64,000 nucleotides of DNA, taken from assembly GCA_041671485.1 (NCBI GenBank), contig JBAZBL010000001.1, positions 23,037 through 87,036 of the forward strand. Reading direction: 5' to 3'. Position numbers and translations under genes: made by a program. This document shows positions 19,197-28,107 of the stretch, in pieces. Position 1 is the first letter of the stretch, and every line of letters starts with the position of its first letter. Source of the DNA: Minisyncoccota bacterium (GTDB taxonomy: Bacteria > Patescibacteriota > Minisyncoccia > Phycocordibacterales > PALSA-1337). A model generated the notes under the pieces. That model did not search any database. It was not told where the DNA came from and was given only the letters and a program-made list of their open reading frames with translations.

Positions 19197-22100
19197 ATGA
19201 TACACATGAAAAAGAAGACATACGGAGGTCAGACCTCCGGAGACAAATCAAAAGAATATAGTCCCTCTTTGATTGAAAATAAATGGCAAAGAAAATGGAA
19301 ATCTTCCAAGCTTTTCAAGACAAAAGAAGATACAAAGAAAGATAAATATTATATTCTAGACATGTTCCCATATCCTTCTGGTGAAGGACTTCATGTCGGG
19401 CATCCCAAAGGCTATATAGCGACCGATATAGTATCACGATACAGGAGAATGAGTGGGTACTCGGTTCTGCACCCTATGGGTTTCGATGCTTTCGGACTTC
19501 CTGCAGAGAATTATGCTATCCAGATGAAGACGAACCCAGCTATTGCAGTGTCTCAGAATGTCAAAAGATTCAAGAAGCAACTAGAAATTCTTGGCTTTGA
19601 CTATGATTGGTCTCGAGAAGTGAATACTACAGATCCAAAATACTATAAATGGACGCAATGGATCTTTCTACAACTTTTGAATAAGGGTCTAGCTTATGAA
19701 TCATATGAGCCGATAAACTGGTGTCCTTCTTGCAAAACTGGTTTGGCAAATGAAGATGTCGATGATGGTAGGTGCGAGAGGTGTGGTACTCCTGTAGAGA
19801 AGAAGCCGATGAGACAATGGGTCTTGAAGATCACTGATTATGCAGGAAGGTTGCTTGAGGATTTGGATGTAAAGAATAATGATGATAAACCCTTACTCGA
19901 CTGGCCGGAATCGATCAAAGAGGCTCAAAGGAATTGGATAGGGAGGAGTGAGGGAGCGGAGATAAAATTTCAAATTTCAAATTTCAAAGGTCAAAAATTA
20001 GAAAAGAACATAAAAGTCTTCACCACCCGCCCTGACACCATATTCGGCGTGACTTATTTGGTATTGGCACCAGAGCATAGATTGGTCAAAGAACTTTTGC
20101 CATTGGTTGAAAACAAAAAGGAAGTTGAGGAATATGTTGGTCGTGCCAAGAATGAGACCGAAATAGAGCGCACTGATGCCAAGAAAGAGAAGACCGGCGT
20201 TGAGATGAAGGGTATCAAGGTGATCAACCCCGCAAATAGAGAAGAGATACCTGTTTGGATAGCAGATTATGTTCTTGCCGACTATGGTACAGGCGCCGTC
20301 ATGGCTGTACCCTCACACGATGAGAGAGATTGGGATTTTGCGAAGAAGTTCGACTTACCGATAAAGCAGGTCATTGCACCTTACTTCACAGACAATCCTG
20401 GAAGTAAAGATGCTGTTAGAGATAATAAGAAAACAGTAAAAAGAAAGACTGCATATGCTCTTGTCTTTGACAAAAAAAATGATAAATTTTTATGCTTGAA
20501 TTGGGAAAAATTTGGTTGGCACTCTGGGATCATTGGTGGAGTTGATGATGGTGAAAGTTTCAAAGATGCAGCTTTACGAGAAATAAAAGAAGAAACTGGT
20601 TATAAAAATTTAAATTTGATCAAGAAATTGGGAGGTGAGCAACACAATCATTTCTTTGCTACTCATAAAGATGAAAACCGATATGCAATTGGCCATGGCA
20701 TGCTTTTTGAACTTGTGAATGATGAAAAAGAATTGGTTCTCGAAGAACATAGTTTAAACCATAAACCTGTGTGGATTGATATGGATAAAATGGAAGACTG
20801 GCTCAATTTGTCAGCTTTTAAATATATGTGGAAAGCTTACAAATCTAATTCGGATTGTTTTACTGGATATGGTAGGTTGTTAAATTCTGAGAAATTTGAT
20901 GGGACAGAAAGTAAAGATGTGATGAAAGAGATTACAGATTTTGTCGGTGGTCAGTGGGTCACAAAGTATAAACTCCGAGACTGGGTATTTTCTAGACAAC
21001 GGTATTGGGGCGAGCCGATACCTGTAATACATTGCACAAATTGTTTTGCAAAAGAGAATAAAACAAACGCAATTATTTTGCATGGCTGTCCTTCGAATGT
21101 TGAAAGAGCGATGGATCCTAAAAGACAAACATATGATAAACATTGGATACCATGGACAAAGAAACAATTAGAAATAGCAGGTATTGAGACACTAGTGCCA
21201 TTGATGCCAGAACCATGGCATATGTCATATGAAAAATGGAAGATAGAATTTGATAAATTACCGATAACTGAAAATAGTATTCTAATAGGACATAGTTGTG
21301 GATCTGCTTTTCTGGTTAGATGGTTGGGAGAGACAAAGAAAAAAGTGAGGATGCTTGTCTTGGTTGCACCTTGGAAAATAAATAGTAATAATGATGAATT
21401 TAGAAATAAATTCTATACATACACTATTGACAATGAAATTAAAGACAAAATAAAAAATATCTTTATCTTTACATCAGATGATGAGGAGGATAATGGAAAG
21501 AAAAGTGTCAATATCTTCAGAGAATCTTTGAATGCAAAAGTAATTGAATTAAAAAAACATGGTCATTATATTTACGGTGATATGAAAACAGAAGAATTCC
21601 CTGAATTAATAAATTTGATAAGTTCGTTTTCTTCCAAAGTAGTACCAGTTCCCGAGAAAGACCTACCAATAAAACTACCCAAAGTAAAATCCTATGAACC
21701 CACAGGAACAGGCGAATCGCCACTCGCTAATATAGACAAATGGGTCAATGTAAAGTGTCCAAAGTGCAAAGGTAAAGCCAAAAGAGAGACAAATACAATG
21801 CCACAATGGGCTGGCTCGTCTTGGTATTATTTGCGATATGAAGATCCAAAGAATAAAAAAGCATTCGTTGACACAAAGAAAGACAAATACTGGTCACCAG
21901 TTGACCTCTATGTAGGCGGAGCAGAACATGCCACGCGCCACCTCATATACGCTCGATTCTGGCACAAATTCTTGTACGATATAGGCATAGTCTCAACCAT
22001 CGAACCATTCATCAAACTTCAGAACGTAGGACTCATAATAGGTGAAGATGGAAGGAAGATGTCAAAAAGATTTGGTAATGTTGTCAATCCTGATGAAATT

Positions 22101-22802
22101 GTCGAAATATATGGAGCTGATACACTCCGAATATATGAAATGTTCATGGGTCCATTTGATCAACAGATCGCTTGGAATACGAACAGTATGGTTGGTTCTA
22201 GGAGATTTATCGAAAAAGTTTGGAGACTAAATAATAATCTAAAGACGAATAGAGGATCGACCGTCGCAGGGGCGACAAATGGCGACTTGGCGAAGCCAAC
22301 GAAGGCATTTAGTCGCCCCGAGGAGGGAGATCCGTATTTAATTTTGATTGATAAAACCCTTCACAAAGCAATTAAAAAGGTAACCGAAGACATTCAAGGA
22401 CTAAAATTCAATACTGCATTGAGTACACTTATGATTGCTGTGAATGAAATGGAGTCTTCGGGATCGGTGACTAGAGAACAATTCGAAATATTACTGAAAC
22501 TGCTAGCACCATTTGCTCCTTATGTAACAGAAGAATTGTGGTCTGGACTTGGTAATAAGAAATCGATACATATATCAGAATGGCCAGAGTATGATCCGAG
22601 CCTAATAGTTGATAATGAAGTAAAAATCATTGTTCAAGTGAATGGCAAGGTTCGTGGTTCATTTGACGCTGATCCAGATATAAATGAAGAAGAAATGAAG
22701 AAGAAAGCGCTCAATCTACCTGAAGTGAAAAAGTGGATTGATGGCAATCAAATCAAGAAAGTGATCGTCGTTAAAAGTAAGTTGGTGAGTTTGGTGGTTT
22801 AA
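19197..22802 (+). CDS. leuS: Leucine--tRNA ligase with inserted NUDIX and alpha/beta-hydrolase domains
   Basis: MFPYPSG.GLHVGH (HIGH), FTTRPDT editing motif, SRQRYWGEPIP, GGAEHA and KMSKR; 1201 aa. Confidence 0.97.
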   Translation: MIHMKKKTYGGQTSGDKSKEYSPSLIENKWQRKWKSSKLFKTKEDTKKDKYYILDMFPYPSGEGLHVGHPKGYIATDIVSRYRRMSGYSVLHPMGFDAFGLPAENYAIQMKTNPAIAVSQNVKRFKKQLEILGFDYDWSREVNTTDPKYYKWTQWIFLQLLNKGLAYESYEPINWCPSCKTGLANEDVDDGRCERCGTPVEKKPMRQWVLKITDYAGRLLEDLDVKNNDDKPLLDWPESIKEAQRNWIGRSEGAEIKFQISNFKGQKLEKNIKVFTTRPDTIFGVTYLVLAPEHRLVKELLPLVENKKEVEEYVGRAKNETEIERTDAKKEKTGVEMKGIKVINPANREEIPVWIADYVLADYGTGAVMAVPSHDERDWDFAKKFDLPIKQVIAPYFTDNPGSKDAVRDNKKTVKRKTAYALVFDKKNDKFLCLNWEKFGWHSGIIGGVDDGESFKDAALREIKEETGYKNLNLIKKLGGEQHNHFFATHKDENRYAIGHGMLFELVNDEKELVLEEHSLNHKPVWIDMDKMEDWLNLSAFKYMWKAYKSNSDCFTGYGRLLNSEKFDGTESKDVMKEITDFVGGQWVTKYKLRDWVFSRQRYWGEPIPVIHCTNCFAKENKTNAIILHGCPSNVERAMDPKRQTYDKHWIPWTKKQLEIAGIETLVPLMPEPWHMSYEKWKIEFDKLPITENSILIGHSCGSAFLVRWLGETKKKVRMLVLVAPWKINSNNDEFRNKFYTYTIDNEIKDKIKNIFIFTSDDEEDNGKKSVNIFRESLNAKVIELKKHGHYIYGDMKTEEFPELINLISSFSSKVVPVPEKDLPIKLPKVKSYEPTGTGESPLANIDKWVNVKCPKCKGKAKRETNTMPQWAGSSWYYLRYEDPKNKKAFVDTKKDKYWSPVDLYVGGAEHATRHLIYARFWHKFLYDIGIVSTIEPFIKLQNVGLIIGEDGRKMSKRFGNVVNPDEIVEIYGADTLRIYEMFMGPFDQQIAWNTNSMVGSRRFIEKVWRLNNNLKTNRGSTVAGATNGDLAKPTKAFSRPEEGDPYLILIDKTLHKAIKKVTEDIQGLKFNTALSTLMIAVNEMESSGSVTREQFEILLKLLAPFAPYVTEELWSGLGNKKSIHISEWPEYDPSLIVDNEVKIIVQVNGKVRGSFDADPDINEEEMKKKALNLPEVKKWIDGNQIKKVIVVKSKLVSLVV
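22254..22333 (+). repeat. In-frame palindromic element, copy 1 (inside leuS)
   Basis: Core GACCGTCGCAGGGGCGACAAATGGCGACTTGGCGAAGCCAACGAAGGCATTTAGTCGCCCCGAGGAGGG, closed by GGATC/GATCC. Confidence 0.9.
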
Positions 22803-22924
22803 ATCCCAATGAAATACGCTCTTGAGCCGACACGCAATGCAATGTGATTCTCCTTGACTTATATTGTAGGAGGTGATAAAACTATAGTATTAAATGGGAC
22901 AATATTATTATTAATAAAGCAAAC

Positions 22925-23971
22925 ATGGCAACAGCAAACATTTCATTCAAACCAAAGCAGATCGTAAAGAAACTACTTTCATCTCTACCCGATAGGGCAA
23001 GAGACGTTATCATATTTCGTTTTGGACTAGGTAAAGATACAAAAAGAATGACGCTTGATGCTATAGGAAAGAAGTATGGTATCACTAGAGAAAGAGTACG
23101 CCAGATAGAAAACTATGCAAAGAATACCATACAAAAATCCGAAGAATTCAAACAATCAAAAACAGTTTTTTCTGAAATGGAAGGATTACTTCATTCATTG
23201 GGTGGTATTGTCGTAGAAGAAGATTTCCTAGGCCACGTATCCAAAGACAAGAGTCTACAAAATAATATACATTTCTTGCTAACAGTAGGTGAACCTTTCA
23301 AGAAAATAAAAGAAGATGATGATTTCAAGCATCGCTGGCATGTCAATGAAGAGCTTTCAAAAAATGTAGAGAGTGCCCTGAAGAAACTCTATGCAAGCCT
23401 GTCAATGGATGACCTTTTGCCTGAAGGAGAGATAGTAAATAAGTTTTTGAATCATTTGGAGAACGTATCAGAGCAATACAAGAATCAAGAAGTAGTAAAG
23501 CGTTGGTTATCACTTTCGAAACAAATAGGCAAAAATGCTCTAGGTGATTGGGGCAAGTCCAAGTCTGCAAATATCAAAAGCAAGGGTGTAAGAGACTATG
23601 CATTTCTTGTCATGAAGAAACACGGCTCTCCTATACACTTCCGCGATGTTGCAAAACAGATAACAAAGCTTTTCAATAAAAAGGCACATGTTGCAACTAC
23701 ACACAATGAACTCATAAAAGATAAGAGATTTGTCTTGGTAGGACGTGGCTTGTATGCTCTAGCAGAATGGGGTTATATGCCAGGAGTTGTACGAGACGTA
23801 GTACGAGCACTACTCGAAAAGCATGGGCCACTCACAAAAGAAGACATAATCGCAAGAGTATTGAAAGAGAGATATGTCAAAGAAAATACAGTTATGGTCA
23901 ATCTTCAAGATACCAAACACTTCAAGCGTGATAAAGAAGGTAAATATTCACCTGTTGTATTGTTAGCATAG
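22925..23971 (+). CDS. Sigma-70 region-4 HTH + HARE-HTH domain protein
   Basis: RFGLG...TLDAIGKKYGITRERVRQIE; C-terminal HFRDVA..I, HNELIKDKRFVLVGRGLYAL.EWGY. Confidence 0.8.
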   Translation: MATANISFKPKQIVKKLLSSLPDRARDVIIFRFGLGKDTKRMTLDAIGKKYGITRERVRQIENYAKNTIQKSEEFKQSKTVFSEMEGLLHSLGGIVVEEDFLGHVSKDKSLQNNIHFLLTVGEPFKKIKEDDDFKHRWHVNEELSKNVESALKKLYASLSMDDLLPEGEIVNKFLNHLENVSEQYKNQEVVKRWLSLSKQIGKNALGDWGKSKSANIKSKGVRDYAFLVMKKHGSPIHFRDVAKQITKLFNKKAHVATTHNELIKDKRFVLVGRGLYALAEWGYMPGVVRDVVRALLEKHGPLTKEDIIARVLKERYVKENTVMVNLQDTKHFKRDKEGKYSPVVLLA

Positions 23972-23999
23972 TCTTTCTCATTTATGGTAAAATATTGGT

Positions 24000-25274
24000 A
24001 TGACAATCAATGAGGTTATTTCTTTTGTAATAAATAATTTTCGCTCGGAAGCGTGGCCAATAACTATCAATATTCTGATTGTATTATCACCGATTTTCTT
24101 GGCAATAATACTTTTTGTGATTATGTGGGATTTGTGGATGCAATACATTCGAGCCAAGAATTATCTCAAAACAAAAAGAGTTGTACTAGAACTAAAATTA
24201 CCAAAAGAGACATTCAAATCCCCACTTGCTATGGAGACATTTCTGAACTCTTTGCATAATACAGCAGATGGAAGTAAATATGCACAATACTGGAAAGGTG
24301 AGTCAAGACCATGGTATTCACTAGAGTTGGTCTCTATCGAAGGAAATGTAAAATTCTTCATCTGGACAGAAGAGATAAGAAAGTCAAATCTTATTTCAGC
24401 TCTTTATTCTCAATTCCCAGAAATAGAAGTCCACGAAGCAGAAGACTATACAAGAAGTGTTCATTTCGATCCAAAAATCACTAGAATATGGGGTGGAGAA
24501 TTCAAATTCACAATGGCAGATCCGTATCCAATAAAAACATATATTGATTATGGATTGGATAAAGATCCAAAAGAAGAATACAAAGTAGATCCTCTAACAC
24601 CACTTATTGAATTCCTAAGTAGTGTACCTATCAATCAACAGGTGTGGATACAGATAATGATAAGAGCACATAAAGATGAGCAAAGAATACCAGGTAATTT
24701 TTTTAAAACTCATGATGCTTGGAAAGAAAAAGCAATTAAAGAAGTTGATAAATTGTTACTTCGAGATTCAAAAACAAAAGTTGCAGGTACGAAGGATGAA
24801 GCAACCGGTTTTACGAAACTTCCATCTATTTCAAAAGGGGAGCAAGATATTGTAGCGGCATTAGAGAGAAGTATAACAAAACATCCATTTGATGTTGGTA
24901 TCAGAGCTCTCTATATAGCTCCAAAAGACACCTTCAATACACCATTTGGCATAGGAGGAATCGTTGGGAGTATGAAACATTTCTCTTCACCACACTTAAA
25001 TGGCTTAAAGCCAAATAGTAAGTTATGGCATATGAAGCTCGACAATCCATGGCAAGACTTTAGGAATTACAGACGCAATTTATTTAGCAAATTGGCTCTA
25101 ATGGCATATAAAAGACGTTCATATTTCTATGCACCATTTGTTAGTACGCCACTAGTTATGAATTCAGAAGAACTTGCAACTATTTATCATTTCCCAGGAT
25201 CTGTCTCTGCTACACCAGGACTAGAGAGAGTACAGTCAAAGAAAGCTCAAGCGCCGACCAATCTACCTATCTGA
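24000..25274 (+). CDS. Conserved membrane-anchored hypothetical protein
   Basis: N-terminal TM segment; 'YSLELVS..G.V.F' and 'EELATIYHFP' motifs. Confidence 0.7.
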   Translation: MTINEVISFVINNFRSEAWPITINILIVLSPIFLAIILFVIMWDLWMQYIRAKNYLKTKRVVLELKLPKETFKSPLAMETFLNSLHNTADGSKYAQYWKGESRPWYSLELVSIEGNVKFFIWTEEIRKSNLISALYSQFPEIEVHEAEDYTRSVHFDPKITRIWGGEFKFTMADPYPIKTYIDYGLDKDPKEEYKVDPLTPLIEFLSSVPINQQVWIQIMIRAHKDEQRIPGNFFKTHDAWKEKAIKEVDKLLLRDSKTKVAGTKDEATGFTKLPSISKGEQDIVAALERSITKHPFDVGIRALYIAPKDTFNTPFGIGGIVGSMKHFSSPHLNGLKPNSKLWHMKLDNPWQDFRNYRRNLFSKLALMAYKRRSYFYAPFVSTPLVMNSEELATIYHFPGSVSATPGLERVQSKKAQAPTNLPI

Positions 25275-26260
25275 TGAAAATTTTTATTCGTTATTTGAAA
25301 CGCATTGTAAATAAGAAGTATAGGTCTTTTTTTATTGCTTCATCTGCAATTGTCTTTTTATCTGTAGTAATATTGATATTTGTATCTATTGCACCGAGTA
25401 ATTTCCCTGAAAAGAAAATAATCTCTATAGAGAAAAATTTAGGCCTATCACAAGTAGCAGATTTGCTTCTCCACAATAATGTCATAAAACATCCAAATGT
25501 TTACAAAGCTTTTGTAGTTATTTTGGGTGGTAGTAAGAAAGTCATAGCAGGAGACTATCTTTTTGATAGTCCACAATCCGCACTTCGCATAGCATATAGA
25601 ACAATAAAAGGCATACAGGGCTTGAAGAAGATCAAGGTGACTATTCCAGAGGGATTGGCATCTTCAGATATTGGTAGATTATTGACCAAGAATATTCCTG
25701 GTTTTGATGAAAAAAAGTTTCGAAGTCTAGCAAAGAGACAAGAAGGGTATCTATTTCCAGATACATATTTCTTCTATGAAAATGTTGAGCCAGAAAAAAT
25801 CATAGATATGATGCATTCAAATTTCGATAGACAGATAGAAAGTGTCAAAATGCGAATATTAGCTTCTGGCAAATCTCTAGAAGATGTTATCAAGATGGCC
25901 TCTATAGTCGAGGAAGAAGCAGCATCTAGTACAGATCGTAAAATTATTGCTGGTATTCTATGGAAAAGATTAGAAAGTGATATGCCACTACAAATAGATG
26001 CGCCATTTTTCTATATTCTTGGCAAAACTTCTGCACAGCTGACTCGAGATGACTTGGCAATGGATTCACCATACAATCTGTATAAAAATAAAGGTTTACC
26101 AGCTACACCTATAAGTAATCCGGGGCTTGGATCTATACAAGATGTTCTGAATCCTATAAATACAAAATATTGGTTCTATCTAGCAGATTCAAAGGGTATT
26201 ACACATTATGCAGAAGACCATGAAGGGCATTTGGAGAATATAAGAAAGTATTTGCAATAA
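25274..26260 (+). CDS. mltG: Endolytic transglycosylase MltG
   Basis: VTIPEG, EGYLFPDTY, ASIVEEEA, SPYNLY...GLP.TPISNPG motifs. Confidence 0.95.
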   Translation: MKIFIRYLKRIVNKKYRSFFIASSAIVFLSVVILIFVSIAPSNFPEKKIISIEKNLGLSQVADLLLHNNVIKHPNVYKAFVVILGGSKKVIAGDYLFDSPQSALRIAYRTIKGIQGLKKIKVTIPEGLASSDIGRLLTKNIPGFDEKKFRSLAKRQEGYLFPDTYFFYENVEPEKIIDMMHSNFDRQIESVKMRILASGKSLEDVIKMASIVEEEAASSTDRKIIAGILWKRLESDMPLQIDAPFFYILGKTSAQLTRDDLAMDSPYNLYKNKGLPATPISNPGLGSIQDVLNPINTKYWFYLADSKGITHYAEDHEGHLENIRKYLQ

Positions 26261-26361
26261 TTAACAAATAAGATAGGTTACACAATCAATCTCTTTCAAG
26301 AAGAAACCGCCACAACATCGAAGTGTGGCGGTAGTTTGGTGAAGTTGTTTGTCGGAATCTA

Positions 26362-26727
26362 TTAGATTCCCAGAACCTGAACCAAATCGTTGAAAAGAAA
26401 TGGCTTATGGATTGTATACTGGGCCCCTACCGAGATTGCGGCCGCAACATCCGCTTTGCCAAGGTCTCCAGACATGAGACATATCTTGGCATCGTCCGGC
26501 AGAAGCTCCTTCGCTTCTCTGATCAGCCTGATACCATTCCCATCTGGATTGATGTTGAGGTCGGTAATGAGGACATCGAACTCTGGATCTCCAGACAAGT
26601 ATTCCAGAGTTTCACTTTCAGATCCAAAATCAACGACATGATGACCCAGTCCTCGAAAACGTATTGCCAACGTGAGACGAAGAAGCTCAGTGTCATCAAC
26701 GATTAGTATCTTTAGTAACTTATTCAT
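26362..26727 (-). CDS. Single-domain response regulator (CheY-like receiver)
   Basis: ILIVDD, DVLITD (phospho-acceptor Asp), MSG and KPF motifs. Confidence 0.88.
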   Translation of the reverse strand: MNKLLKILIVDDTELLRLTLAIRFRGLGHHVVDFGSESETLEYLSGDPEFDVLITDLNINPDGNGIRLIREAKELLPDDAKICLMSGDLGKADVAAAISVGAQYTIHKPFLFNDLVQVLGI

Positions 26728-26797
26728 CGTATTTTTCTCTTTCTTTATCCGAATTTATTTCTTTATCTGTTCTAAAAAGTATGATATCATCATTAAT

Positions 26798-28003
26798 ATG
26801 ATTCGTCAAGACAGAAAAAAGGTATTCATCGGCCTATCTGGAGGAGTAGATAGTGCTGTTTCTGCGACACTATTGAAAAGAGCTGGCTATGATATAACTG
26901 GTGTCTTCATCAAAGTCTGGCAACCAGATTGGATAGAGTGCTCTTGGCGAGAAGATAGGCTCGATGCAATGAGGGTTGCAGCACATCTAGATATACCCTT
27001 CATTACACTAGACCTAGAAAAAGAGTATAAACATGAAGTTATAGATTATATGATAGAGGAATACAAAAGAGGCAAAACACCAAATCCAGATGTAATGTGC
27101 AATCGAACAATCAAATTTGGTGCATTTTATGATTGGGCAATGCAAAATGGTGGAGACTTCGTAGCAACGGGGCACTATGCAAGAATCAGATGCCAGAACA
27201 TTGTCGGCGCTGACTTGTACCTGCGCGAAGCCTTTTCGCCTCACCACTACTCGCGGTTCGGCGAGAAAGGTTCGCTTCGGCACGCGTCAGCACCTGACAA
27301 TGTTAAATATTCTCTATCTATGGGAAAAGACTCAAATAAAGACCAATCGTATTTTCTCTGGACATTGAAGCAGGAACAATTGCCACATATTTTATTTCCT
27401 GTTGGCAATATGACAAAGCCGGAGGTTAGGAAGCTGGCAAAAAGGTTTGATTTGCCAAATGCTGACAAAAAAGACAGTCAAGGACTATGCTTTATTGGCA
27501 AGGTTGATGTAAAAGATTTTCTTTCACATTACATTGAGAGAGAAAGTGGTAATGTTCTAAATATGAATGGTGAAATCATAGGTAAACACCCAGGATCATT
27601 ATTTTTCACTATTGGAGAGAGACATGGTTTTAGTTTAGACAAGAAGACACCAAATGATGAGCCAATGTATGTCGTAGACAAAGACATAGAGCAAAATACG
27701 ATTACTGTCGGGGTGCGATTGGCTCGCGAAGTAAATGTGTCCGACTTGATGAACACTTCATCAGAGCAAATTTCAATTGAACAAGTGAATTGGATTCGAG
27801 GGAGTGTTCCAGAAAATTTCAAGGATAAAATATTCACTGCAAGGACTAGATATAGACAAAGACTCGAAAAAATAAGAATCATTTCTGTAACATTTACTGA
27901 AACAATAATAGAATTTATGGAAAAACAAGAGAATTTAGCTAGTGGACAATCACTTGTTATATATGATGGGGATGAATGTTTTGGTGGGGGAGTGATATCT
28001 TGA
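26798..28003 (+). CDS. mnmA: tRNA 2-thiouridylase MnmA
   Basis: SGGVDSAV, TPNPDVMCN, ATGHYAR, KDQSYFL and DSQGLCF motifs; start placed at ATG 26798. Confidence 0.97.
   Translation: MIRQDRKKVFIGLSGGVDSAVSATLLKRAGYDITGVFIKVWQPDWIECSWREDRLDAMRVAAHLDIPFITLDLEKEYKHEVIDYMIEEYKRGKTPNPDVMCNRTIKFGAFYDWAMQNGGDFVATGHYARIRCQNIVGADLYLREAFSPHHYSRFGEKGSLRHASAPDNVKYSLSMGKDSNKDQSYFLWTLKQEQLPHILFPVGNMTKPEVRKLAKRFDLPNADKKDSQGLCFIGKVDVKDFLSHYIERESGNVLNMNGEIIGKHPGSLFFTIGERHGFSLDKKTPNDEPMYVVDKDIEQNTITVGVRLAREVNVSDLMNTSSEQISIEQVNWIRGSVPENFKDKIFTARTRYRQRLEKIRIISVTFTETIIEFMEKQENLASGQSLVIYDGDECFGGGVIS
27197..27304 (+). repeat. 108-bp GC-rich hairpin inserted in frame in mnmA
   Basis: AACATTGTC...GACAATGTT outer arms with GCTGAC/GTCAGC and CCTTTTCGCC/GGCGAGAAAGG inner stems; 36 codons long. 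Confidence 0.8.
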
Positions 28004-28009
28004 TAAATA

Positions 28010-28066
28010 CGGTTAACGTCAAGGACTAACCTTACTGTTCCCAAGGTTAGTCCTTGACGTTAACCG
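28010..28066. repeat. Perfect 24-bp inverted repeat between mnmA and clpB
   Basis: CGGTTAACGTCAAGGACTAACCTT / AAGGTTAGTCCTTGACGTTAACCG. Confidence 0.9.
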
Positions 28067-28107
28067 AACTCCTTCCCCAGCTAGAAAATCTGTGTTATTA
28101 TACTTTT

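Noticed and set aside
21030-21640. Intein in leuS
   Set aside because: The insert has alpha/beta-hydrolase motifs and lacks the C-terminal His-Asn splice junction or LAGLIDADG motifs.
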